64,000 nucleotides of DNA from Bacteroidales bacterium (GCA_046484805.1 JAWOIF010000157.1:35000-98999), one strand, 5' to 3'; shown: positions 46,695 through 58,300, counted from the stretch's first letter. Program-made: numbers and translations. The notes: a model not told the origin generated them from the letters alone.

Positions 46695-49600
46695 TTAATA
46701 TTCGTCCCAGCTCCTGATGGCTATATTATCTTCGGTCAGCTTGCAGAATGCGAGAATAAATGCAGATGCTAGCCTTGCGTTGGTAAGCAGCGGAATATTG
46801 AAATCAATGGCGCTCCTCCTTATCTGGTAATCATTGTTCAGCTCCGTGGGTGACAGATCCTTGGGTATGTTAACAACAAGGTCAACTTCCCTGCTGCTGA
46901 TCAGCTCAATGGTGTTTGGTGATTCTTTTTCATCAGGCCAGTAGGCGACCTCCGCTTCAACTCCGGCATTTTCGAGGAATAGCTGGGTCCCTCGGGTTGC
47001 GAACAGCCTGTATCCTTTCTCCTTCAGGGCTCTGGCACTGTTGAGCATTTCCACCTTCGAGCGGGCAGGACCAGTTGAGAGAAGGATGCTTTTACGAGGC
47101 ACCCTGTAACCCACTGAAAACATTGCCTTCAGTATGGCTTCATAGAATCCTTCACCTATGCATCCGACCTCTCCGGTTGAGGCCATATCGACACCTAATA
47201 CCGGGTCGGCCCTGGCAAGTCTCGAGAAACTGAACTGCGGAGCCTTTACTCCCACATAGTCAAGGTCAAAAACCGATTTATGAGGCTTGGCGACCTCAAC
47301 GTTCAGCATGACTTTGGTTGCCAGTTCAATAAGATTGACCTTTAAAACCTTCGATACGAAGGGCATACTTCTCGACGCCCTCAGATTACACTCGATCACC
47401 TTTATGTCGTTATCCCTTGCCAGAAACTGAATATTGAAAGGCCCCGTTATATTCAGTGAACCTGCAATAAGCCTTGATATTCTCTTAATTCTTCTTGCTG
47501 TCTCAAAATATATCTTCTGTGCCGGAAATACAATTGTGGCATCTCCTGAATGGACCCCCGCGAATTCGACATGCTCACTTATAGCATAGGCTACTATTTC
47601 CCCACCCGAGGCGACTGCATCGATCTCAATCTCCTTGGCATTCTCAATGAACTCTGATACCACCACGGGATACTGCTTTGAGACGTTTGATGCAAGCTCC
47701 AGAAAATGGGTTAACTCGTTACGGTTAGAGACCACGTTCATGGCAGCTCCTGACAGTACGTATGACGGTCTGACAAGGACAGGGAAGCCTATACGGTCGA
47801 CAAATCCGAATATTTCATCTATACTGGTCAGCTCCATCCACCGGGGCTGATCAATACCGAGCCTGTCGAGCATTGATGAGAACTTATGCCTGTTCTCTGC
47901 CTTGTCGACAGAGGAGGCGGAGGTGCCCAGTATCGGAACATGCTCTTTATGGAGCCTCATGGCCAGGTTGTTTGGTATCTGGCCACCCATTGAGAGTATA
48001 ACCCCGGCAGGAGTTTCCAATTCGATTATGTCCATGACCCTTTCGAAGGAGAGCTCGTCAAAGTAGAGTCTGTCACATATGTCATAGTCGGTACTTACGG
48101 TTTCAGGATTATAGTTTATCATTACTGACCTCAATCCCTGCTTCCTGATTGTTTCGATGGCATTTACAGAGCACCAGTCAAACTCTACGCTTGACCCTAT
48201 CCGGTAAGCACCTGATCCAAGCACTATTACCGACCGCTTGTCATTATGGTACCATATATCATGCTCAGAACCACTGTATGTAAGATACAGGTAATTAGTC
48301 ATTGCAGGATATTCAGCAGCCAGGGTGTCTATCTGCTTTACCCATGGAATAATGCCATGCGCCTTCCTCTGTTTCCTTACCCTGAGAAGCGCTTCCTGAA
48401 TCTCTTCAGGTTCAGATCTGAGAACATATCTTGCAACCTGAAAATCACTGAAACCATGTATCTTAGCTTCTCTGAGCAACTCTGCAGGAAGTTCCGAAAG
48501 GGAGTTGTATTTCGACAGCCTTTCTGCTATGTCGTTAATATTTCGTAGTTTGTACAGGAACCATCTGTCAATTTTGGTAAGTTCATTGATTTCATCAATT
48601 GAGAAACCAAGCCTTAGAGCCTCGGCAATCGAGAAAATCCTCATGTCAGTAGGCTCGGCCAGCTCTTTTCGTACATCTTTGAATGTCAGGTTCCTGTTGC
48701 CGACAAAGCCGTGCATGCCCTGACCTATCATCCGTAACCCTTTCTGAATGACTTCCTCAAAGGTGCGGCCTATTGCCATAACCTCACCCACACTCTTCAT
48801 GCTGCTACCCAGTTCATGAGAAACTCCTTCGAACTTATTGAGGTCCCATCTGGGAATCTTGCATACAATGTAATCCAGTGCGGGTTCAAAACATGCTGTG
48901 GTAGTTTTGGTGACACTGTTTTTAAGTTCATGCAGACCGTAACCAAGGGCGAGTTTGGCTGCGACAAAGGCAAGCGGGTATCCGGTAGCCTTCGATGCCA
49001 GTGCGCTTGAGCGTGAAAGTCTTGCATTAACCTCTATGACCCTGTAATCTTCCGAGCCGGGATCGAGTGCATACTGCACGTTACACTCACCGATTATACC
49101 GATATGCCTGATAATTTTGACAGAGAGTTCCCTGAGCTTATGGTATTCAGTGTTGGTGAGGGTCTGAGACGGTGCCACCACGATGCTTTCGCCGGTATGA
49201 ATTCCAAGGGGGTCGAAGTTCTCCATGTTACAGACGGTGATGCAATTGTCGTAGCAGTCCCTTACAACCTCATATTCAACCTCCTTCCATCCTTTTAGTG
49301 ACTCTTCAACCAGTATCTGGGGGGAAAATGAGAATGCCTTTGTGGCAATGTTTCTCAGTTCCTCACTGCTCGAGGCAAATCCGCTTCCCTGTCCGCCAAG
49401 GGTATATGCCGCCCTTATTATCACAGGGAAACCAAGCATTTCAGCTGCCTTCAGTGATTCTTCTACAGAACCGGCAGCTATGCTTCTTGGTGTATCAATA
49501 TTGATTTCATCAAGTTTCCTGACAAACAGCTCACGGTCTTCGGTATCCATAATAGCCGCTACCGGCGTTCCCAATACCTTTATGCCATATTTTTCAAATA

Positions 49601-49913
49601 CCCCGCTGGTGTAGAGTTCCGTTCCGCAGTTAAGTGCCGTCTGTCCCCCGAAGGAGAGAAGTATCCCGTCAGGTCTCTCCTTTTCGATTACCCTGGTCAC
49701 ATATGAGGGAGTTACAGGCAGAAAGTAGATCTTGTCCGCTATCCCTTCTGACGTCTGAACTGTTGCAATATTGGGATTGATCAGTACTGTAAAGACACCC
49801 TCTTCCTTAAGCGCCTTGAGCGCCTGCGAGCCTGAATAGTCAAATTCGCCTGCCTCTCCGATTTTCAGTGCGCCTGACCCCAGTACGATCACCTTTTCGA
49901 TTCCGTTTTCCAT
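46695..49913 (-). CDS. carB: Carbamoyl-phosphate synthase large subunit
   Basis: 1,072 aa. Duplicated ATP-grasp halves and an MGS-like C-terminal domain. Collinear with CarB throughout, by eye. Confidence 0.97.
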   Translation of the reverse strand: MENGIEKVIVLGSGALKIGEAGEFDYSGSQALKALKEEGVFTVLINPNIATVQTSEGIADKIYFLPVTPSYVTRVIEKERPDGILLSFGGQTALNCGTELYTSGVFEKYGIKVLGTPVAAIMDTEDRELFVRKLDEINIDTPRSIAAGSVEESLKAAEMLGFPVIIRAAYTLGGQGSGFASSSEELRNIATKAFSFSPQILVEESLKGWKEVEYEVVRDCYDNCITVCNMENFDPLGIHTGESIVVAPSQTLTNTEYHKLRELSVKIIRHIGIIGECNVQYALDPGSEDYRVIEVNARLSRSSALASKATGYPLAFVAAKLALGYGLHELKNSVTKTTTACFEPALDYIVCKIPRWDLNKFEGVSHELGSSMKSVGEVMAIGRTFEEVIQKGLRMIGQGMHGFVGNRNLTFKDVRKELAEPTDMRIFSIAEALRLGFSIDEINELTKIDRWFLYKLRNINDIAERLSKYNSLSELPAELLREAKIHGFSDFQVARYVLRSEPEEIQEALLRVRKQRKAHGIIPWVKQIDTLAAEYPAMTNYLYLTYSGSEHDIWYHNDKRSVIVLGSGAYRIGSSVEFDWCSVNAIETIRKQGLRSVMINYNPETVSTDYDICDRLYFDELSFERVMDIIELETPAGVILSMGGQIPNNLAMRLHKEHVPILGTSASSVDKAENRHKFSSMLDRLGIDQPRWMELTSIDEIFGFVDRIGFPVLVRPSYVLSGAAMNVVSNRNELTHFLELASNVSKQYPVVVSEFIENAKEIEIDAVASGGEIVAYAISEHVEFAGVHSGDATIVFPAQKIYFETARRIKRISRLIAGSLNITGPFNIQFLARDNDIKVIECNLRASRSMPFVSKVLKVNLIELATKVMLNVEVAKPHKSVFDLDYVGVKAPQFSFSRLARADPVLGVDMASTGEVGCIGEGFYEAILKAMFSVGYRVPRKSILLSTGPARSKVEMLNSARALKEKGYRLFATRGTQLFLENAGVEAEVAYWPDEKESPNTIELISSREVDLVVNIPKDLSPTELNNDYQIRRSAIDFNIPLLTNARLASAFILAFCKLTEDNIAIRSWDEY

Positions 49914-49982
49914 CGATCACCGTTTGGGAGGCAAAAATAGAAGAAAAAACAATATATATCATTTAAGATTAAAATAAATGTA

Positions 49983-50014
49983 TAAATTTGCATTATGAAT
50001 GCATAAATATGCAT
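49983..50014 (+). promoter_or_regulatory. argR promoter -7 box (TAAATTTG) overlapping an array of ATGCA-type palindromes (candidate ArgR operator)
   Basis: TAnnTTTG lies at 49983-49990. TGCATTATGAATGCA (5-5-5 palindrome) and ATGCATAAATATGCAT (14/16 palindrome) lie at 49989-50014, with half-sites at about 10-nt spacing. The region sits between divergent carB and argR. Confidence 0.45.
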
Positions 50015-50044
50015 ACGTAAAACGAACATGAAAATTTTTAACGG

Positions 50045-50518
50045 ATGAAAAAGCCTGAGAGATTAAAGCTGATTGAGGAGATAATTGCCGGAGGTAATAT
50101 TTCGTCACAGGAAGAGATTCTCAGGATTCTGGAGGGTTCAGGGATAAAGTGTACACAAGCTACGCTTTCCCGCGATTTAAGGCAGATAGGGGTGGGTCGC
50201 TTTTCCGATGGCGGCGGTACCCCATACTACAGGGTGGTCAGGAGTGGTCAGGTCTCACCTGACAATGCCTCAGAGATTTATCATCGCGCCATAATTACTC
50301 TGCTGTGGGCCAGGGAGTTGATGATTATTAAAACATCTCCGGGTTTTGCGGCTGGAGTGGCCTCGACGATCGACACTGCCTGTAAGGATGGGATAGCCGG
50401 TACTGTTGCCGGTGATGACACAATAATCCTTATCCCTGCAGACGGCTTCTCCAAAGCTGAGGTAATGAAGAGCCTGGGAGATATATTTCCGGGCATTGAT
50501 GCTCTAAGGAGGGTCTGA
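50045..50518 (+). CDS. argR: Arginine repressor
   Basis: 157 aa. N-terminal winged helix (SQEEILRILEGSGIKCTQATLSRDLRQIG) and a C-terminal oligomerisation/arginine-binding domain (GTVAGDDTILI). Confidence 0.9.
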   Translation: MKKPERLKLIEEIIAGGNISSQEEILRILEGSGIKCTQATLSRDLRQIGVGRFSDGGGTPYYRVVRSGQVSPDNASEIYHRAIITLLWARELMIIKTSPGFAAGVASTIDTACKDGIAGTVAGDDTIILIPADGFSKAEVMKSLGDIFPGIDALRRV

Positions 50519-50596
50519 CCATCCGGTTTTGCTCACTCTGCCGGATCTCCCTGAAAATATCGGTAACAATCAGGCGATGCTGATAGCTTATCAGTA

Positions 50597-50614
50597 AATA
50601 AATAATTATTCATA
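50597..50614 (-). promoter_or_regulatory. ARG-box-like site upstream of argG
   Basis: The minus strand reads TATGAATAATTATTTATT. Against the enterobacterial ARG-box consensus TNTGAATWWWWATTCANW, the second half-site is ATTTA. It lies 18-35 nt upstream of the argG ATG. Confidence 0.35.
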
Positions 50615-50631
50615 TTTTATTATAAAACAAA

Positions 50632-51888
50632 ATGGACAAAGTAATTCTTGCATACAGTGGTGGATTGGATACATCGGTGATACTTAAATGGCTTGTCAAT
50701 AAGGGTTATTCAGTAACGGCATATGTTGCTGACGTGGGTCAAAACGATGATTTCACAGAGGTTAAAAGGAAGGCTCTGGAGATCGGTGCTGAGAAGGTGG
50801 TGATATCAGATCTGAAGAGGGAGTTTGTAACAGATTATATTTTCAATGCTGTCAAGGCCAATGCCATATATGAGGGAAGGTATCTTCTTGGAACTGCACT
50901 TGCACGACCTCTGATAGCTAAAAAGCAGATAGAGATTGCCGGTGAAGAGGGGGCACGATATGTTGCTCACGGGGCAACCGGCAAGGGAAACGACCAGGTA
51001 AGGTTTGAGCTTGCCTATTATGCCCTCAGGCCTGACATCAGTATCATTTCGCCGTGGAAGGAGCATGATTTCCTTTCCAGATTCGGGGGAAGGACAGACC
51101 TGTTGAGATACGCTGCAGAGAACGGCATTCCGGTTAAGGCTTCGGTTGACAAGCCCTACAGTGAGGATGATAATCTTATGCATATAAGCCACGAAGCCGG
51201 CATACTCGAAGACCCTCTCTATTTTGCCGGTGACGGTATTCTTTCGAAAATAAGGAGCCCTCTGAATGCCCCTGACACAGGTACGCATATTTCAATAGAG
51301 TTTATGGACGGTCTGCCGGTGAAAGTAGTCAACAGGGATGATGGTTTTGCTGTATGCGATCCGCTTTCGCTCTTCACCTACCTTAATAGTCTTGGTTCCG
51401 CCAATGGTATTGGACTGACAGACATGGTTGAGAACCGTTATGTCGGTATCAAGTCGAGGGGTATTTATGAAACACCCGGGGCAACGATATTGATGGCGGC
51501 TCACATGGATATCGAGGGAATTGCAATGGATCGTGAGGTGATGAAGCTGAGAAATATGCTGGCGCCGGTATTCTCGGAACTGGTATATAATGGTTTCTGG
51601 TTCAGTCCTGAAATGGATTTTTTGATGGCGGCACTCAATAAAAGCCAGGAGATGATTGATGGTACTGTCCATCTCTGTCTTTATAAGGGCAATGTGATGA
51701 TTGAAGGACGTGAATCGCCATCATCGCTTTATGACAAGGAGCTCTCAAGTATGGATATTGAAGGTGGGTTCGACCAGACCGACAGCAGGGGCTTTATTCG
51801 CATCAATGCCATCAGGCTAATGGCTCACAGGGCGATTGTGGGGGCCGGGTCAGAACAAAAACAACCTGCTTATGAAACTTTGGGATAA
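50632..51888 (+). CDS. argG: Argininosuccinate synthase
   Basis: 418 aa. Contains AYSGGLDTS (ATP pyrophosphatase motif) and [13 protein letters not shown]. Confidence 0.96.
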   Translation: MDKVILAYSGGLDTSVILKWLVNKGYSVTAYVADVGQNDDFTEVKRKALEIGAEKVVISDLKREFVTDYIFNAVKANAIYEGRYLLGTALARPLIAKKQIEIAGEEGARYVAHGATGKGNDQVRFELAYYALRPDISIISPWKEHDFLSRFGGRTDLLRYAAENGIPVKASVDKPYSEDDNLMHISHEAGILEDPLYFAGDGILSKIRSPLNAPDTGTHISIEFMDGLPVKVVNRDDGFAVCDPLSLFTYLNSLGSANGIGLTDMVENRYVGIKSRGIYETPGATILMAAHMDIEGIAMDREVMKLRNMLAPVFSELVYNGFWFSPEMDFLMAALNKSQEMIDGTVHLCLYKGNVMIEGRESPSSLYDKELSSMDIEGGFDQTDSRGFIRINAIRLMAHRAIVGAGSEQKQPAYETLG

Positions 51889-53200
51889 GGGTTTAACAAG
51901 CGATGGCAGAGTCGATGATTTTACTGCCGGCAGGGACCGGATTCTTGACAGAAGGCTTTTGGTATGGGACATTGCAGGTACAATGGCTCATGCCGTTATG
52001 CTTTATGAATCCGGAATCATCTCGCGGGAAGAGAAGGTTATATTACTGGAGGCTCTGCACTCAATTTTTCAAAAAGCTGAAGCCGGTCTGACTGAATGGG
52101 ACCCTGAGTTTGAGGATGTACACAGCATGGTTGAAGCTGAGCTTGTCAGCATAACCGGAGAGTCGGGGAAAAAGATACATGCCGGCAGGTCAAGGAATGA
52201 TCAGGTTCTGGTTGATATCTCGCTGTGGTTGCGCCATGAAATAGCCCTGATTGCGGACGATGCCTTTGGTCTTCTTGAAAAGATTGCATCACTTGGAAGG
52301 AGATATTCCGGCACAATGATGCCTGGGCATACTCATCTGCAGCCTGCCATGCCATCGACTTTCGGTCTTTGGTTCGGTTCGTATGCTGAAAGCCTGGGGG
52401 AGGACCTGCTGGCTCTTTCCGGTGCATGGTCTGCAGTTAATGTCTCTCCTGCCGGTACGGCAGCAGGATACGGCACCTCACTACCTCTGAAGAGGGAGGT
52501 TGTTGCCTCGCTTCTAAAGTTCGAAAGGATGGTTGTGAGTTCTCCTTATGCCCAGATGAGGAGGGGGAAAATGGCTAAGATTGTTGCAGATGCAATCGCT
52601 TCAACGGCCTTTTCTCTGAACCGTCTTTCCGGAGATATATGTCTCTTTCTTTCCGGCGAGTTCTCCTTTCTGGGTTTGAGTGACTCTTTTTCAACGGGTT
52701 CCTCAATAATGCCCCAGAAGAAGAATCCTGATGTCTTCGAAATAATCAGGGCACGAACCAATCTCCTTTTATCTTTGCCCGGAACCATCATAATGATGAC
52801 CACTAACCTGCCACCCGGGTATAACAGGGATTACCAGGTAATTAAGGAGGTACTGTTCCCGGCGGCAGATGAAATAAGATCACTTATCTCTATGACAGGC
52901 TATATGCTTGACGGGTTGAGGGTGCGGGATAATATAATGGAGGGCAGATACAATGAAGTATATGCTACGGAAGAGGCAAACCGTCTGGTATTGAAGGGTG
53001 TGCCTTTCAGGGATGCATACCGTAAAGTGGCAGGTGAAGTTGGCACCCGCAGCTTTAGGGCTACAACTCCTGCCGACTATACTCATCTTGGCAGTATTGG
53101 CAACCCCGGTATTGACGAGATACTTGAATTCGCCGGAAAAGTCGCCGGCACCATTGCCCTCATACCAGCATCTGAAATTGTTTCCGGGATCATGGATTAA
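51872..53200 (+). CDS. argH: Argininosuccinate lyase
   Basis: I prefer the ATG at 51872 (MKLWDKG...) over the GTG at 51836. It overlaps argG by 17 nt. Contains the fumarate-lyase signature [12 protein letters not shown]. Confidence 0.93.
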   Translation: MKLWDKGLTSDGRVDDFTAGRDRILDRRLLVWDIAGTMAHAVMLYESGIISREEKVILLEALHSIFQKAEAGLTEWDPEFEDVHSMVEAELVSITGESGKKIHAGRSRNDQVLVDISLWLRHEIALIADDAFGLLEKIASLGRRYSGTMMPGHTHLQPAMPSTFGLWFGSYAESLGEDLLALSGAWSAVNVSPAGTAAGYGTSLPLKREVVASLLKFERMVVSSPYAQMRRGKMAKIVADAIASTAFSLNRLSGDICLFLSGEFSFLGLSDSFSTGSSIMPQKKNPDVFEIIRARTNLLLSLPGTIIMMTTNLPPGYNRDYQVIKEVLFPAADEIRSLISMTGYMLDGLRVRDNIMEGRYNEVYATEEANRLVLKGVPFRDAYRKVAGEVGTRSFRATTPADYTHLGSIGNPGIDEILEFAGKVAGTIALIPASEIVSGIMD

Positions 53201-53238
53201 TAGCCCGCGCTTCTGCAATAGAAATCTGACGGGGAGGG

Positions 53239-54327
53239 TTAGCGACTCTCCCCGTTCTTTTCTATCATTTCTATGAATTCGTCGAAAAGAAAATCGGTAT
53301 CGGTCGGTCCGCCGGAGGCTTCGGGATGGAACTGAGTGGAAAAGAACGGCTTGAATTTGTGTCTCATACCCTCGTTTGTGTTGTCATTCACGTTGATAAA
53401 CAACGGCTCCCATTCGGGAGGAAGGGTTTCGTTATCGACTGCGTAGCCATGATTCTGTGAGGTGATGTAGGCCCTGTTAGATCCTGCCCGAAGAACAGGC
53501 TGATTGTGACTTCGATGCCCGTATTTAAGCTTGAAGGTATCTGCGCCGGCAGCAAGGGCCATCAACTGGTTACCAAGACATATTCCGAATACCGGTTTTG
53601 ATGAATCCAGCGATTTTCTTATGTTATCGATAGTGCAACCGCACATCTTCGGGTCACCGGGCCCGTTTGAGATAAATAACCCGTCATACTCTTCCCCATG
53701 GTAGTCATAATCCCATGGAACCCTTATTACCGTAGTGTCACGCTTTAGCAGATTCCTGATAATATTGTACTTGACCCCGCAATCTATCATTACAATGCGG
53801 TGTTTGCCATTACCGTATACCTTTACCTCACGACTGCTTACCTCACTTACCAGATTTATTGAGTTAGGATCATAAAAGGAGGTTTCACTACCTTCAGGTT
53901 CTATCTTCCCAAGCATCGAACCCTTTTCCCTGAGCCTTTTGGTCAGGGCCCTGGTATCGATACCATAAATACCAGGTACGTTGTTCTTCATGAGCCAGTC
54001 ACCCAGGCTCTCGTCAGCATTCCAATGGCTGTACTCAAACGAGTAATCAGAGACTATCAGTCCAGATATATGTATCGACGATGATTCATAAAATCTTAGC
54101 AGATCATTTTCATTATCCCTGCCCGGAGCCCCGTAGTTACCTACAAGAGGGTAGGTAAGACATAAGATCTGCCCACGGTAGGACGGATCAGTAAGGCTTT
54201 CCGGGTAACCAGTCATTGCTGTGTTGAACACGACCTCGCCAGAAGCCGGACAGGTAGCCCCGAATGATCTGCCGCTGTAGAATGAGCCGTCTTCAAGGGT
54301 TAATTTTACCGGAATTCCTTTCTTCAT
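53239..54327 (-). CDS. carA: Carbamoyl-phosphate synthase small (glutamine amidotransferase) subunit
   Basis: 362 aa. Contains the GATase triad region (GICLGNQL...HPE) and a CarA N-domain. Confidence 0.95.
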   Translation of the reverse strand: MKKGIPVKLTLEDGSFYSGRSFGATCPASGEVVFNTAMTGYPESLTDPSYRGQILCLTYPLVGNYGAPGRDNENDLLRFYESSSIHISGLIVSDYSFEYSHWNADESLGDWLMKNNVPGIYGIDTRALTKRLREKGSMLGKIEPEGSETSFYDPNSINLVSEVSSREVKVYGNGKHRIVMIDCGVKYNIIRNLLKRDTTVIRVPWDYDYHGEEYDGLFISNGPGDPKMCGCTIDNIRKSLDSSKPVFGICLGNQLMALAAGADTFKLKYGHRSHNQPVLRAGSNRAYITSQNHGYAVDNETLPPEWEPLFINVNDNTNEGMRHKFKPFFSTQFHPEASGGPTDTDFLFDEFIEMIEKNGESR

Positions 54328-54509
54328 TTTTGAAACAGACTTCTTTAAATATGCATCTCTTTTCCGGGTTGTAAAGATACTTAAAATAGCACACCCTCTA
54401 ACCGGTAGTCCTGCTGCTCTACAATTTAAGCCTAAACTTTAAAATGAATCATATATTATTCTTACTTTTATGAGCGATTTCATTTATGTAAACTAATTAA
54501 TATTGATAT

Positions 54510-55328
54510 ATGAAACAAATCCGTAATTACGTAATTGTATCTGTTCTGGCGATTATTACAATCGGTGCAGGTGCCTGCAGGAACAGGTCAACTTCTGAGC
54601 AGAGTCAGATAGAGCTTGACCAGAGAGAAATGATTGAACAGCAGATAGAGGAGAGCGTCTACCCGCTGCCAACATCTGCAGACGTCATTAAAATGCTTAC
54701 AGAGCTTGACGTAGGCTATATTATCGGCATTTCCAATCCGGTTGATAATGCCCCGAGATATCTTACCAGCAGAAGCAGGGCGATCAATCTCGGTATTTAC
54801 GGTGCTGATCTCAGCTATGCAACTCTCTATAATATACAACAGGCTGTTATCAATTACCTTAATGCAATCCGCATTCTTGCTAATGAGCTTAATATGAGTC
54901 AGATATATGATGAGGCTCTTTATAATGAAATTAGAGATAATTTTGATAACCGCGATGAGCTGGTAAATATTCTTACTGATGCATTCAACAACACATTCAC
55001 TTTTCTGAATAATAACAACCAGGAGTCCCTGGCAATGCTTGTAGTTGGAGGAGCCTGGCTGGAGGGGATGTACATCACGACTAATATTTCAGAGTCGGTC
55101 TATCACGTTGAAGGTATAGTAAGGGTTTTGCTTGAGCAGAAGAAATCGTTTGAACTCTACCTTGAGATTGTAAAGCCTTATGAAGATGACCCGCTGCTAA
55201 GTGAATTCGTCAGAGAACTTAAACCGATTGAAGAAATATATGCCGGTATAACAACATCTCTTTCGCTTGATAACGTAGAGGATCTTACGAAAGCAATAGC
55301 AGAGGTTAGAGATAAGCTTATTTTCTGA
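54510..55328 (+). CDS. Hypothetical lipoprotein
   Basis: 272 aa. Signal plus lipobox (IGAGAC). Predicted helical. No family recognised. Confidence 0.6.
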   Translation: MKQIRNYVIVSVLAIITIGAGACRNRSTSEQSQIELDQREMIEQQIEESVYPLPTSADVIKMLTELDVGYIIGISNPVDNAPRYLTSRSRAINLGIYGADLSYATLYNIQQAVINYLNAIRILANELNMSQIYDEALYNEIRDNFDNRDELVNILTDAFNNTFTFLNNNNQESLAMLVVGGAWLEGMYITTNISESVYHVEGIVRVLLEQKKSFELYLEIVKPYEDDPLLSEFVRELKPIEEIYAGITTSLSLDNVEDLTKAIAEVRDKLIF

Positions 55329-55346
55329 GGGTTATAAGTAACATTG

Positions 55347-55376
55347 CCGCAAAGCATAATTCTTTGCGGTTTTTTT
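55347..55376 (+). terminator. Rho-independent terminator
   Basis: CCGCAAAG (55347-55354) pairs with CTTTGCGG (55362-55369) across a 7-nt loop, followed by a T7 run. Confidence 0.8.
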
Positions 55377-55388
55377 CATTGTATTTTT

Positions 55389-58300
55389 ATGAGAGACTCT
55401 GTATTACTTGCCCTGATACATATATTCGCCATTATCTCAACTGTTAAACCGGGGAGTGTAACCGCCAGGGGCAGGAAGATACTGAGGAGCTATCTGCGCA
55501 GATACCTTAACAGGGAGCTTGAGGAGAAATACTATGAAATGTTTGAGAGCAACCTTGATTTCTATGCCTCCGAACTCAAGACCATTGACGAGCAGGATCT
55601 TTTTGATGACAATTCTCTGATAACTTTCCAGATAACCAACATCTGTCGTCAGATTAAGAAAGGGCTGTTGCTTGATGAAAGAATGGTAGTCTTTCTGCAA
55701 TTACTCGAGTTCGCTTTTGAAGACAGGGTTGTTACTTCACAAGAGAGGATAATAATCGATATTGTAGCCCGCACCTTTAATATACCTCCGGCCGAGTTCG
55801 AAAATGCATATGCCTTCATGATAGGCGGAGATTTCGATAAGGTAGCTCCGTCAAATATGCTTTTAATCGAAGGCATCGGTGATCAGAATGTTGACAGCAA
55901 ACCTCAGTTCAAAAACTTTCATCTATGGAACCATATGAAGGTAAAGGGGTTCAGTGGTTCTCTCTATTTGCTTCTTATCGAGAGTACCGGCTCTATTCTG
56001 CTTACCTATGAGGGGAACCAGGAGCTCTATTTCAAGGGGCGAGATATTATTCCCTACCGGGCATACCTGCTCGACAGGGGTGTGAATATAAAGGGACCCG
56101 GAATTGAGCCGATCTATTATTCAAAGGTTTACAAGTCGTTTATTGTAGGCAAGTTTGCACACAAGGTTGTTTTCGAAGGTCATGGGATAGAATACCGTTT
56201 CAGAGGGTCGGTGTATGGGTTGAGGAATATGAGTTTTTCTGTTGAGTCAGGAAACCTTGTGGGGATTATGGGTGGCAGCGGAGTGGGTAAGACGACCCTT
56301 CTAAAGGTCCTTAACGGCAAGTTCAGTCCTTCATCGGGGAATGTTTACATAAATGGTTATGATCTTCATAACGAAAGTGATGCCCTTGCCGGTCTTATAG
56401 GTTATGTGCCTCAGGACGATCTGCTGATTGAGGAGCTGACAGTATATCAGAACCTATACTATAATGCCAGGCTCTGCTTTGGTGATTTCAGCGAAGAGCA
56501 GTTAAAAGACGTGGTCGATAAGGTGCTGGCTGATCTTGAGCTGTCCGAAATCAGGGATCTGCAGGTGGGAGATGTACTCAGCAAAAAAGTGAGTGGAGGA
56601 CAGAGAAAAAGGCTTAATATCGGTCTCGAACTTATGAGGGAGCCTGCTGTACTTTTTGTCGATGAGCCGACTTCGGGCCTTTCATCACATGATTCGGAAA
56701 AAGTGATGGTCTTGCTCAAAAATCTGGCTCTTAAAGGCAGGCTTGTCTTTGCGATAATACATCAGCCTTCATCGGATATCCTCAAATTATTTGACAGGCT
56801 ATGGCTTCTTGATAAGGGAGGGTATATGATCTATGACGGAGACCCTGTCGATTCATTGGTCTATTTCAAAAGTGAGGTATCTCAGGCGAATGCTGGTGAA
56901 AGTGAATGCCCTAATTGTGGTAATGTAGAGACTGAGAGCATTCTTCAGATAGTTGAAGCCAGAGTTATTGATAATGAAGGGTACCCTGCTAAAGCCCGGC
57001 AAATACAACCTGAGGAATGGTATTCCAAGTATCTCGCTAAAATGCAGGTCATCCCTGCTCCTGATCCCTCCCGTATACCACTGCCACCGAGTAATTTCAA
57101 GGTACCCCGGAAACTTAACCAGGTTCGCACCTTTGTAAAGCGTAACTTTACACGTAAACGGGCTGATAGCCAGTATATGACCATAAATTTAGTGGAAGCA
57201 CCCCTGCTTGCCTTTATTCTCGGTTACTTTTCAAAGTATCTGACTGCCGGAGGCTATATTTTTTCAGCCAACAGGAACTTACTTGTTTTCCTCTTTATGT
57301 CAGTGATTGTTGCTGTTTTTATCGGCCTTACCGTTAGCGCTGAAGAGATATTCAGAGACAGAAAAGTGCTTGAAAGAGAAAGATACCTCAATATCAGCAG
57401 ACTCGCATATCTGGTTTCAAAAGTTAACTTCCTTTTCGTATTATCTGCCATTCAGACTTTATCGTATGTTGTTGTAGCCCATCTGATTTTGGAAATCAAT
57501 GGTATGCTTCTTAGCCACTGGCTAATTATTTTTTCAGCAGCATGCTATGGCAATATGATGGGATTGAACATCTCTGCCGGTATGCGTTCGGCAATCAGCA
57601 TCTATATCCTCATCCCCCTGCTGCTGGTACCCCAGCTTCTGTTTGGTGGAGCAATGATACGTTTCGATGATCTGCACAAATCAATCAGCAGCAAGGTTTA
57701 CGTTCCTGTAATAGGCGATATTATGGGAACCAGATGGGCGTATGAAGCACTGATGGTCGAACAATTTAGAAGTAACCATTACCAGAAGCCTTTCTTTGAA
57801 ACAGAGATGGCGATAAGTCAGAATGACTGGCATGCATCGTTCCTTTTACCGGCTCTTAAAACAAAAATAGAAGAGTGCCGGGTTGCAGGAGACAGGGAAG
57901 AGTATCGCATGCATGCAGAAAAGAACTTCAGGCAGCTGAATTATCATTTCAATCAACTTTCAGAACAAACAGGTATCGTTCCGGGAGATTGGATCGCAAA
58001 GCTTAACCGGTCTGACTTTGATGAAAACACTGCAAGTCTGGCTACAAGGCATGCCGATAGTCTGAGACTCTGGTACCGTGCCGAATGGACAAAAAATGTG
58101 ATTGAAAGGGATGCTATTGTGGAATCGCTTTTGGAAGCCGGTGGGAGGGAGGCACTGGTCACTATCAGGGAGAATAACCATAATGAAAGCATCGCCGATT
58201 TTGTCCTGAATCGTAACTATGTTGAAAAGATCTATGAAACAGATGACAGGATAATCCAGAAAGCCGACCCCGCATATATGGAACCAATGTCAAATTGGGG

